Shown here one piece after another: positions 53,405 to 64,000 of a DNA stretch of 64,000 nucleotides (positions within the stretch are counted from its first letter, which is position 1; each line of letters opens with the position of its first letter). A program made the translations under genes and the position numbers. Below the pieces are notes generated by a model, which worked only from the letters and a program-made list of their open reading frames with translations, searched no databases and was not told the DNA's origin. Source of the stretch: Octopus sinensis (Eukaryota); assembly GCF_006345805.1 (NCBI RefSeq), contig NC_043006.1:84878001-84942000 (forward strand), given 5' to 3'.

Positions 53405-54023
53405 GTTTATTTATTTATTCTCATGGATATATAATCATATTTGCTATATATATTATATTAAAAATAAGTGTATACTTCAAAACGTAATATGTGTGCATCA
53501 GAGGTCAACGCGTTCATAAAATTAACTTACATATGACGAATCATTTAGCAATTTGATACGTTGAATGTTATTTATAAAACCAATCGAATGAAAGGACTCG
53601 TCTTATAACAACGACTGCCAGATCCTGTAGAACTTTTCCTTATGGGAAGCAATTGAAAATGTTATTTCATTCTAATTTCTTGCTCTGATCTCAAAACGTT
53701 TTAAATAACTTTACTGTTGTTTTTGTTTGTTCATTTGTTTGTTTTCTTTTTACGGGCTTCGGCAGAAAAGCCTCCCATATTTTACACTGCAGTTGATATG
53801 ACGTTAGTGAAGCTAGACAGATAGAAATACTATTGTCATGTTGCTAATGTTTTGCCGTTTCTTTTTCGTTCGTCATTATCATAATTTGAGCTGAATCACA
53901 TTATGTTTTTCTTGTTGAAACGTTTGTCAATCTGTAAAATGTGGGAGATTTGTTGCCACACTCCGTGAGTGTTTTCATCGAAACCATTCAAAATGTCGTG
54001 TAACATCCCTGTAAACCATTTTT

Positions 54024-54445
54024 GGATCTTTTTGGTTTGAACGGCAGTTTTTTAAAATAATTTCCACGTAACTAAACACTTTTAAACTTCGTATACTGGT
54101 AGAATGTGTTTATAAAACATCTTTTTCTCTTGGCTTTATTGAGAAAATTCTATAGTTTGTAAGATATTTGTTGTTTTTTTTCTTCAATTTCTGCAATTTC
54201 AACCAATCAATGACGTCTATTGAGGTGAAAACATTGTGTGCCGTATGAATATGTCCCTCGTTTAAGAAACAGATTGGGTTTATTTACATTTCTGAAGAAA
54301 AAAAGATACCCTTCCCCCCACCCCTAACCCTAACCCTAACCCTAAAACAGATTGAAATGCAATAGATCGATACTGGGGACATAATTATGAGTGACAATTT
54401 CATATGACACCGCTAGAAAAACTGTCATTCAAACCGAAAAGATCC
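54024..54445. mobile_element. MITE with GG-terminal TIRs and 8-bp TSD (Merlin- or hAT-like), internal (TAACCC)n
   Basis: ccattttt|ggatctttttggtttgaacggcagtttttt ... aaaaactgtcattcaaaccgaaaagatcc|ccattttt. Confidence 0.85.
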
Positions 54446-55004
54446 CCATTTTTTAAACATCATATTCTTTTGTTATTGCAGTGGTTCTTGTTGGTATTCC
54501 TGTTGTGCTTTTTACGTCCTTGCTGTTGATACTACTATTCGCTGTTAGCTGTGGCCACCGTTTGTTAGACATGCTTTCATACGGCTAGTCTTTATGACAG
54601 AGCTGCAGTCCTAGATCAAGTATAGACCGAAGCAAGATACCTAGCGCCTTGAGTGCTGTCAGATGCTCACACCTTCTGCCAGTCGGGCAACACGGTTGGT
54701 AGATATTCAACTATGGCGTTCTACAGAGGGTTAGTGTGGGGGCAAGAATGATGACGTCCTCGGGAAAACCTGGACTCTTTATTGATTAAATAAGAATATA
54801 TTAAATACAGATATAAATCTTCCTGATGCACGGTCTTTTCTTTTTTTAATGAATTTAAGTCAGTCCGTTTTGGAGAGTTCATAAGTGTGGGAACGAGATT
54901 TGCTAGTGGGGCGGGGTAAACCGGGCCTAAAATCTTTTATAAACAAGTTCGATTTTTTTCAATCTTAATATCAGAACAAACACGGGTATGATAATAATAA
55001 TAAT

Positions 55005-56935
55005 AATTATTATTATTATTATATTTATACATGAATAAAATCAGATAAATCCAATAATGGAAAGGTATTGTTTCAAACCAGTCCAAAAATATTTCTACGC
55101 TCGTTCATTTTGGTGAAGAAGTTTTTCAAGAGGATGTCTAAAGCATTTTCACTTTCACCATCATCACCACCACCACTACCACCACCACTATCACCACCAC
55201 CACCACTATCACCACCACCACCACCACCACCACTATCACCACCACTACCACCACCACTATCACAACCACCACCATCACCCTCACCACCACCACTAATTTG
55301 GGGGAGTGGAGGGGGGCTCTTGCACCCCTGAACACTCTGTTCCCGAATCAATGTTCAAGTTCTATAAGCAATCTTCTTTTTTTTTCAGTGGGATTCTTAC
55401 GTTGGCATCGTTGTCATTGCTCCACATAAAAACCTTGCTTTTGATGATACAACAATCGGGTGAGGAATTCGAACTCAGAACGCATGAAGACATGATACTG
55501 CAAAGTATCATATCCAACTCGCTAACGTTTACACCCATCTTTCAACTCAGAACGTAAAGGGATGGAACAAATACCGCAAGTATTTTGTCCAATGCTCTAA
55601 AACTTATACCACTCTGTCAACCACCCTAGAAAAATACTTTGTTTATTGTCCCTGGAAGAATGAAAGACAAGTCGACCGGATAGGATTTGAACTCGAGATA
55701 TGAAGAGTCGGAAGAAAAACCGCAAAGCTTTTTGTCTAACGCTCTAACAATTCCACCAACACCCTTCTTCCTGAAAAAAATGAATGGTAAAGTTTGGCTT
55801 GGTGAGATTTGAAATCAGAGCACAGAAACAAATATCCGATACGTTTATGTATTTGTTTTGCAAGATTCTTGGGTGAAATCGTGTGTTGAAATAAATATTT
55901 TTATATTTCGAGATGGTCATCTTTTGCCAATTAAACATACGCACTATATGTTTGGTCTTTACTCCAGCTTTATAATATTATTATTATTATTATATTTATA
56001 CATGAATAAAATCAGATAAATCCAATAATGGAAAGGTATTGTTTCAAACCAGTCCAAAAATATTTCTACGCTCGTTCATTTTGGTGAAGAAGTTTTTCAA
56101 GAGGATGTCTAAAGCATTTTCACTTTCACCATCATCACCACCACCACTACCACCACCACTATCACCACCACCACCACCACCACCACTATCACCACCACTA
56201 CCACCACCACTATCACAACCACCACCATCACCCTCACCACCACCACTAATTTGGGGGAGTGGAGGGGGGCTCTTGCACCCCTGAACACTCTGTTCCCGAA
56301 TCAATGTTCAAGTTCTATAAGCAATCTTCTTTTTTTTTCAGTGGGATTCTTACGTTGGCATCGTTGTCATTGCTCCACATAAAAACCTTGCTTTTGATGA
56401 TACAACAATCGGGTGAGGAATTCGAACTCAGAACGCATGAAGACATGATACTGCAAAGTATCATATCCAACTCGCTAACGTTTACACCCATCTTTCAACT
56501 CAGAACGTAAAGGGATGGAACAAATACCGCAAGGTATTTTGTCCAATGCTCTAAAACTTATACCACTCTGTCAACCACCCTAGAAAAATACTTTGGTTTA
56601 TTGTCCCTGGAAGAATGAAAGACAAGTCGACCGGGATAGGATTTGAACTCGAGATATGAAGAGTCGGAAGAAAAACCGCAAAGCTTTTTGTCTAACGCTC
56701 TAACAATTCCACCAACACCCTTCTTCCTGAAAAAAATGAATGGTAAAGTTTGGCTTGGTGAGATTTGAAATCAGAGCACAGAAACAAATATCCGATACGT
56801 TTATGTATTTGTTTTGCAAGATTCTTGGTGTGAAATCGTGTGTTGAAATAAATATTTTTATATTTCGAGATGGTCATCTTTTGCCAATTAAACATACGCA
56901 CTATATGTTTGGTCTTTACTCCAGCTTTATAATAA
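55005..56935. repeat. Tandem duplication, about 971-bp unit, two copies
   Basis: 55021 atatttatacatgaat recurs at 55992; units are bounded by (ATT)n; the differences noticed are microsatellite length and 1-nt indels. Confidence 0.95.
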
Positions 56936-58552
56936 TTATTATTATTATTGTTTTTTGTTTTGTTTTTTTTTGTCAAAACTCTTTCGTTACACATCATGTG
57001 ACCTCTTAGCGTCTCTTCATCCCACATGTTGCCTCTTGTTCAGCTTAGTCCATTCTGTCTTTCTGTCTAAGCTGGACAAAAGGAGATAGTCACTGAAGAG
57101 GTCACAGAATGTGACGAAAGAACTTTAACAAAGAAACAGCAACAACAATAATAATAAAGATAATAATAGTAACAATAATGATGATTTCGGATTTTAGCAC
57201 GAGGCCAGCAATGTCGAGGGATGGGGTAAATCGATTAAATCGACCCCAGTACTGATACTTATTTTATGGAACCCGAAAGGATGACAGGCGGCATTCAAGC
57301 TTAGAACGCCAAGACGGACGAAATGCCACGATTCTGCCAAAAGCTGGAGTAAAGATCAAACATACAGTGCGTGTGTTTAATGGCAAAATATGACCGTCCC
57401 CAAGCATAGCCATAAGTAGATATTACTGTTATTTATTTTATCTGTGCCAGTTCAATAGAGTATAACTCTCCTCAGCATTCAGAAAAAAAATACGTCTTTT
57501 ATCTGGCATTTTCCTGATGTCTTTCTAAGCTATCACATCAAGATTTTCAAATTAGTCTGATTTATAGTTTTTATTGCATATGATGTTTTTACAACGGTGA
57601 GTAGATAAGCCGTAGTTTGCTTTTTTCCTCTTTACAAATGTACATATGAATAAGAGACGGTGCAAGCAACGCAAAAAGAAATATATATATACAGATATAT
57701 GCTAATGCAGATGAACGTCAAGCACAAGTCCTATTACGATTTATTATCGCTAGCAGCGACTCACGGCTAGATTATCGATCTTCAAAAAACAAACCAATCA
57801 ACACTAATCATAACAACAACAATAAAGATAACGAAAACAGCAACATCGCTGTTGGGTGGAATGGGTTAGGGGTATATTTCTCTTACAGAACAAGATTCCG
57901 ATGTACCACAATGTTATATACTTTTTCTGTTTGTTTATCGTTAGTTTTATTTTTAAATTTTTTTTATTTTTTTGATAAATAGGAATCGTATTTCTACCAA
58001 TTTCATTGAGCTTTCCATAAAAATGGAATAATTGTATTCTAAGATCAACAGTTTTATTCTGTAGTTTAAAGAACTTATTCTTGGTCTTTTATGTGTGTGT
58101 GTGTGGTGTGTGTGTGTGTGTGTTTTATCGTTTTGAATGCTTTACACAAATATGTTCTTTCCCGCTGGTACTTTTATATCGACATGAGTAAAGCGGAAGC
58201 AGAAAAACCAGAGGCTTCATTTTCCTAGGGTTCATTCGGGATCTCAAATTTGAGCAACATAAAAGCCCTTACCGAATTAGTAAATGAAGTGTTTAATCGT
58301 TATACTTTTCACAAATATAATCCTTTCTACTAGAGGCACAAGGCCCGAAATTTTTGGTGGAGGGAGTTAGTGAATTACATAGATCCCAATGCTCAACTGG
58401 TACTTATTTCATCGACCCCGAAAAGGATAGAAGGCAAAGTCAACCTCGGCGGAATTTGAAATCAGAACGTTAAGACGGACGAAATGCCACTAAGCATCTT
58501 GTCCGGCATGCTAACGATTCTACTAGCTCCAATATAATAGGCATACACAATA

Positions 58553-59375
58553 GGCGTAGGAGTGGCTGTGTGGTAAGTAACTTGTTTACCATTCACATGG
58601 TTCCGGGTTCAGTCCCACTGCGTGGCACCTTGGACAAGTGTCTTCTACTACAGCCTCGGGCCGACCAAAGCCTTGTGAGTAGATTTGGTAGACGGAAACT
58701 GAAAGAAGCCCGTTGTATATATCTCATGTGGACGTCTCGTGTATAGTTCTGAAAATCATAGTTGCTAAGACGATCACACTGACGAGTTTGCGGATGATTA
58801 CGTAAATGATTATGTAAACATTAACAACGAAACCATAGTTTGTGATTAATCTATATTTTGTATCTTTTCATATGTCTTGCTCGCTTACGTTCTGGCGTTT
58901 GCTAAATTTTTCTTGAGAACATTCCTTTCTTACTAGTAAGACCATAGAGGATATTCTTCTAGCATAATGGATGTCCACTTACAGGTCATCCCTTTTATAT
59001 GTATGTAATATAATTTTTTCTGAAACTTCAGATTTTTAAACACGCTAGACCACTGGTTTTAAATTGATATTAATCAAATTAATATTCAATTTTTCACCCT
59101 TATTATTTTGAATTTGTGTGTGTGTGTGTGTGTGTCTGTGTGTGTGTGTGTGTTTGTGTGTCTGTGTTTGTTCCCCCCACTATCGCTTGACAACCGATGC
59201 TGGTGTGTTTACGTCCCCGTAACTTAGCGGTTCGGCGAAAGAGACCGATAGAATAAGTACTAGGCTTACAATGACTAAGTCCTGGGGTCGTTTTGCTCGA
59301 CTAAAAGGCGGTGCTCCAGCATGGCCACAGTCAAATGACTGAAACAAGTAAAAGAGTAAAGAGAGTAAAGAGTAA
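58553..59375 (+). mobile_element. SINE family B split by an about 390-bp Penelope-like insert (58723-59114)
   Basis: SINE 5' half ends gaagcccgttgtatatat at about 58720; the 3' half resumes at (GT)n about 59115; the insert end resembles the reverse complement of 50955-51010. Confidence 0.75.
58773..58846 (+). ncRNA. Candidate type I hammerhead ribozyme
   Basis: ATCACA-CTGACGA-GTT[long insert]AAC-GAAAC-CATA-GT-T-TGTGAT: perfect 6-bp stem I, intact core, G10.1-C11.1 pair, GUU triplet. Confidence 0.65.
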
Positions 59376-59669
59376 GTGTTTCGTTGTTGCTTTGTCGGTG
59401 TTTCCTGAAGTGTACTGTTTAGTGTCCTACAGCTGAGGTTTTTAGTCTAACAAATCAGGTCAACGACCTGGCTGGATCATTAGAGCGTTGAAAAAAGTGC
59501 ATTGAGGTATTTGTTCCTGCACTTTACATATTGAATTCCTGTCTCGTCGAGGTCAACTTTGTCTTTCATCAATTCTAAAGTGCCAGTCAAGTACTGACGC
59601 CTTTGTATTCGACTTCTTTCCTCTCTTCAAAATTGTTGGCTTTGAGTCAAAATTAGATTAATAATAATA

Positions 59670-60545
59670 AAATAATTTCAAACTTTAGCACAGGGCCAGT
59701 AATTTCGGCGGAGGGGTAAGTCGATTATGTCGACCCCGGTACTCAACTGGTACTTATTTTATCGACCTTAAAAGGATGAAAGGCAAAGTCGACCTCAGCG
59801 GAATTTGAACTTAGAACGTGAAGACGGACGAAATACCGTTAAGCATTTTTCTTTTCTACTCTAGGCACAAGACCCGAAATTTTGAGGGAAGGGTAGTGGC
59901 TTAGATCAACCCCAGTACGAAACTGATATTTAATTTAACAACCCCGAAAGGATGAAAGACAAAGTCGACCTCGGCGGAATTTGAACTCAGAACATTGACA
60001 GATGAAATACCTATTTCTTTACTACCCACAAGGGGCTAAACACAGAGAGGACAAACAAGGACAGACAAACGGATTAAGTCGATTATATCGACCCCAGTGC
60101 GTAACTGGTACTTATTTAATCGACCCCGAAAGGATGAAAGGCAAAGTCGACCTCGGCGGAATTTGAACTCAAAACGTAGTGGCAGACAAAATACCTATTT
60201 CTTTACTGCCCACAAGGGGCTACACATAGAGGAGACAAACAAGGACGGACAAAGGGATTAAGTCGATTACATCAACTCCAGTGCGTAACTGGTACTTAAT
60301 TTATCGACCCCGAAAGGATGAAAGGCAAAATCGTCCTCGGCGGAATTTGAACTCACAACGTAACGGCAAACGAAATACGGCTACGCATTTCTCCCGGCAT
60401 GCTAACGTTTCTGCCAGCTCGCCGTCCTAAATATTTATTTCTATATTGCCCACAGGTGGCTAAACACAGAGGGGACGAAGAAGGACAGACAAAGGGACTA
60501 AGTCGATTACATCGACCCCAGTGTGTAACTGGTACATATTTAATC
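59670..60545 (-). mobile_element. Head-to-tail array of about 5 SINE family A units
   Basis: Repeated cgaccccgaaaggatgaaaggcaaagtcgacctcggcggaatttgaactc; junctions aaatacctatttctttact. Confidence 0.88.
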
Positions 60546-60831
60546 GATTACTGAGGTTGATGATAACGACTAACACCCTCCTCTTAAAACTGCTTGCCTA
60601 GTGTCTAAATTAGAAAACTTTAATCTAATAATCTAACATAAGACGTCTCTTGTGTTTCCTTCGACACGAGTTGCTCATCAGCAAGCATAAAAACCAAGTG
60701 AGTGTGACGTTGAAGTATCTGTGGGAGATAATTCTTTCAAGGCAAATTTTTCAAAGTAAATAATATGAAATAAATTCTGTGATATTAATATTATACAATT
60801 ACCTTCCGTAAAGAGCTGATGAAAAGATATC

Positions 60832-61564
60832 GGATCTTTTTTTGTTTGGCTGCACTTGTGGAAATTTTAAACTTAAGTGAAAATTTTAAAATTCGGTGTA
60901 TTGATGTATGATGTAATTTTCCATGCTGAATCTCAAGAGATAATTCACTTTTCCCAGGAAAATTTTTTTTTTAAGTTACAGAGGTTTAAAGTTTGATCAT
61001 TTTTACTCAGTCAAAAAACAGAATTTGGAAGCTGTCAGTTTATGCGTGACAGCACATGTTGTCAACAGTAAACAAATGAGATAATGGTGGAATTCTGCTT
61101 TACGTAAGCCATATAACCCCACATAACTTTTATTTTTGGGAATTTTCAGAAAATTTTTGCGAATTTGTATTCTACTCATGGAAATTCATACGATTAAGAA
61201 AAAAAACCCAAAAATTCGTGCGTCATTTAAAGACTATTCAACTGTTAATTTTAGCACATCTCATACCACATGTGTTTTAAGCATTTAATAAGTGAAAAAA
61301 AAAGAACATGCGGTAAGCAGCTTGGTAACAGCTTGGCTTGTTACTATGGAAACAGACACTTATATGTCTGTGGCTTTCGATTGGCTAAAATTACCCGAAA
61401 TTTGTAAACTTTAAAAGCTATTAACTCTTTATTTATTGATTTATGGTTAAAATGAATTTCATGTCAATGCTTACTTTACAAAACTACACCAATACACCAA
61501 ATATGGAATCAATTGGAACAAAAGTTGAAGAAATTGAGAAGTGGCAGTCAAACAGAAAAGATCC
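60832..61564. mobile_element. MITE sharing GGATCTTTT termini with 54024-54445
   Basis: ggatctttttttgtttggctgcactt ... aagtggcagtcaaacagaaaagatcc; degenerate flanks aagatatc/aagattta. Confidence 0.7.
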
Positions 61565-63867
61565 AAGATTTAAATTCAAGAAGGAATAATGGAAAAGACA
61601 AAAATTTCATAACTCTTACGAAAATTCTCGAGAGGAATCTGAAATTACAATTCAATCAACAACATAAAACAGACAACTTTTTTATGATAATGGATACATA
61701 CTAGTGCTAAAAGTTAACTAATAGTTTATTCAGCTGATATACATAATAAGATTCAGCAAATGATATGTCTTCGCTTTTGAACTTTGAAGTATTTTTAGAG
61801 TTTTAAGATATATACCCAGTTCAGATATTTGAAACCAATAGCTATAAGTTATCTTAATGTCATCACACAAATTTATCTTGTGTTACTATGAGGAAGCCAC
61901 GTATTAAGGTCATTCGTTGAAACAATGTAGAGCTAAAGTAGAGGACGGTTGATCGACTCTAATTTCAGCTCAACTTTCCATCGTATATTTTTGTGTAAAT
62001 CATCTGAGATTTGAGATCACAGGTGGCTTAGTTTTTAGTTTATCTTCTATTGTAATTCTGTTCGCAGCTGGAGTGCATTATAAGCGATATAAAGCAACCT
62101 CGGTACTTGACTAGTACATTATTTTACCGACCCTTGGAAGAATGGAAAGCAAAGACCTCAGCAGATTTGAACTCAGAAATAAAAGGCCGCTTTCTAAATA
62201 CTGGAGGCATTTTATTCGACGCTCAAACGGCTATGCCAACCGATCGGTTAGCGGACAACCGACCCAATAGGTCAGAAGTTTGTACATTAACAATAGCATT
62301 TTGTCGTTTCCGGGATCTGCACATTTGCGTCCCAGTTCAGTTCACCTGGCTGTAAAGAGATATTGCTGGGCAGGAACAGCTCTGCACTATAACAAACAGT
62401 CAAATGGTCTTAGGGTTACCACTGATATTTAATGTGTGTGTGCATATAAGAAATTATATGAACGACAAGGGAATAAGAAATTATGTAACGAGCCTTCACT
62501 GGCTTAGTTGTTTCTGTTATAAGATGCAATGCACATGCTTCGAAGATGAAGCACCTAGGAAGTTATCCTCCGAGGCACAAGTCAGGGCAAGGTTGTTTGT
62601 GGAAGGCTAGCAGTCGCCCATGCATACCGGCCTCCCCTCTCCACACCACTGATATTATCCAAGGGAAAAAGCAAAGGGGCCGATACAGCTTGGCACCAGT
62701 GATTTTGCAACTCATTTCTACAGCTGAGTTAACTGGAGCAACGTGAAATAAAGTGTCTTGCTCAAGAACACAACACGCAGCCCGGTCCGGGAATCGAACT
62801 CACAAGCTCACGATCGTAAGTTCTACGCTCTAATCACTGAACCATGCGCCTTCACTTATTTCAACAGAAATAAGCTAACAAAAGGGTTAAAGAAATCTAA
62901 ATTAAAACTTTCCATTAAAACTTCATATCAATTTCTGTTTCGATTACAAACTTAATTGTGACAAAGTTATTTCACGTAATACTTCATTAATTTCAAAATT
63001 AATTGAACAACAGATAATATATTTCAATGGAAACAGGATTACTAAAGGGTCAAAAGAATCTAAATTAAAGCTCTACTCATAACATCATATAAATTTATGT
63101 TTCGAACACCAGCTTAATAATCCTTTCTACTATAAGCACAAGGCTTGAAATTTTGAGGGGAGGGTACTAGTCGACTACATCAACCTCAGTGCTTCACTGG
63201 TACTAATCTTTATCGATCTCGAAAGGATGAATGACTAAGTCGACTTTGGTGGAACACTAGCTTAATAATGATAAGTCTCTTTTTACTTGTTTCAGTCATT
63301 TGACTGCGACCATGCTGGAGCACCACCTTTAGTCGAGCAAATCGACCCCAGGACTTATTCTTTGGAAGCCTAGTGCTTATTCTATCGGTCTCTTTTGCCG
63401 AACCGCTAAGTTACAGGGACGTAAACACACCACCATCGGTTGTCAAGCAATGTTGGTGGGACAAACACAGACATATACATATATAAACATATATACAACG
63501 GGCTTCTTTCAGTTTCTGTCTACCAAATCCACTCACAAGGCTTTAGTCGGCCCGAGGCTATAGTAGAAGACACTTGCCCAAGTTGCCACGCAGTGGGACT
63601 AAACCCAGTACCGTGTTCATTCTAAATTATCTTTTTCTCTTTTACTTGTTTCAGTCATTAGACTGCGGGCATGTTTGAGCACTGCCTTGAAGAACTTTAG
63701 TGGAACAAATCGATCCCAATTCGGTTTTTTTTTTTCTTTCTTTATGTTGGTACTTATTCTACTAGTTTTGCCGTACTGCCAAGTTAAGGGGAGGGGTAAA
63801 CACACCAACTACAGTTGTCAAGTGGTGGTAGGGAACAAACACACACACATATAGATAGATAAATTTA

Positions 63868-64000
63868 TACGGCGGGGGTGTTGAAAAGTTCCTAACTTTG
63901 AGTAAAAGAAGATACAGGAGGATCACTTAATTATGATTTTATTCAACGTATTCCCCTCTCAGTTTTTTCTAAGTCTTGTAAAAGAATTTGGAAGGTTGGG
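63868..64000 (+). mobile_element. Left end of a mariner-like element running out of the window
   Basis: tacggcgggggtgttgaaaagttcct resembles the mariner TIR type seen at 21958. Confidence 0.5.

Noticed and set aside
217-53519. Dozens of long ORFs rich in Y/I/H/C/V/M or homopolymeric residues
   Set aside because: Translations of (TA)n, (CA)n, (TACA)n and trinucleotide microsatellites; no protein signal.
53531-53625. Minus-strand segment with good ag/gt sites
   Set aside because: Stops in all three frames; could be a non-coding exon but is unsupported.
54481-54587. Plus-strand acceptor followed by hydrophobic VLVGIPVVLFTSLLLILLFAVSCG...*
   Set aside because: Low-complexity GT-rich sequence readily gives hydrophobic peptides; no upstream exons or homology.

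Overview
AT-rich, microsatellite- and retroelement-saturated animal genomic DNA. The SINE, RTE and Penelope repeat repertoire suggests an octopus (coleoid cephalopod); this is inference. The only host protein-coding sequence I can support is two minus-strand exons of VAC14 (19782-19861 and 15826-15982), which splice in frame and match human VAC14. Its other exons are not recognisable in the window. Almost all ORFs in the supplied track are microsatellite or antisense-TE artefacts. The rest consists of tRNA-derived SINEs, 5'-truncated LINE ends (CR1/Jockey-like, RTE, and RLE-type R4/Dong-like and HERO-like), Tc1/mariner relics, MITEs (piggyBac-like and Merlin-like), a 100-N scaffold gap (43173-43272) across which CpG depletion appears to disappear, and a 971-bp tandem duplication. 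The most interesting hidden layer is a set of type I hammerhead-ribozyme motifs in Penelope-like non-autonomous repeats: a near-canonical one at 58773-58846, one at 14045-14098, a U3-A8 covariant in a 169-bp inverted repeat, and a variant-core family. Several lie in nested inverted repeats and perfect palindromes at 51.3-52.9 kb. All ribozyme calls come from motif reading by eye and are untested.
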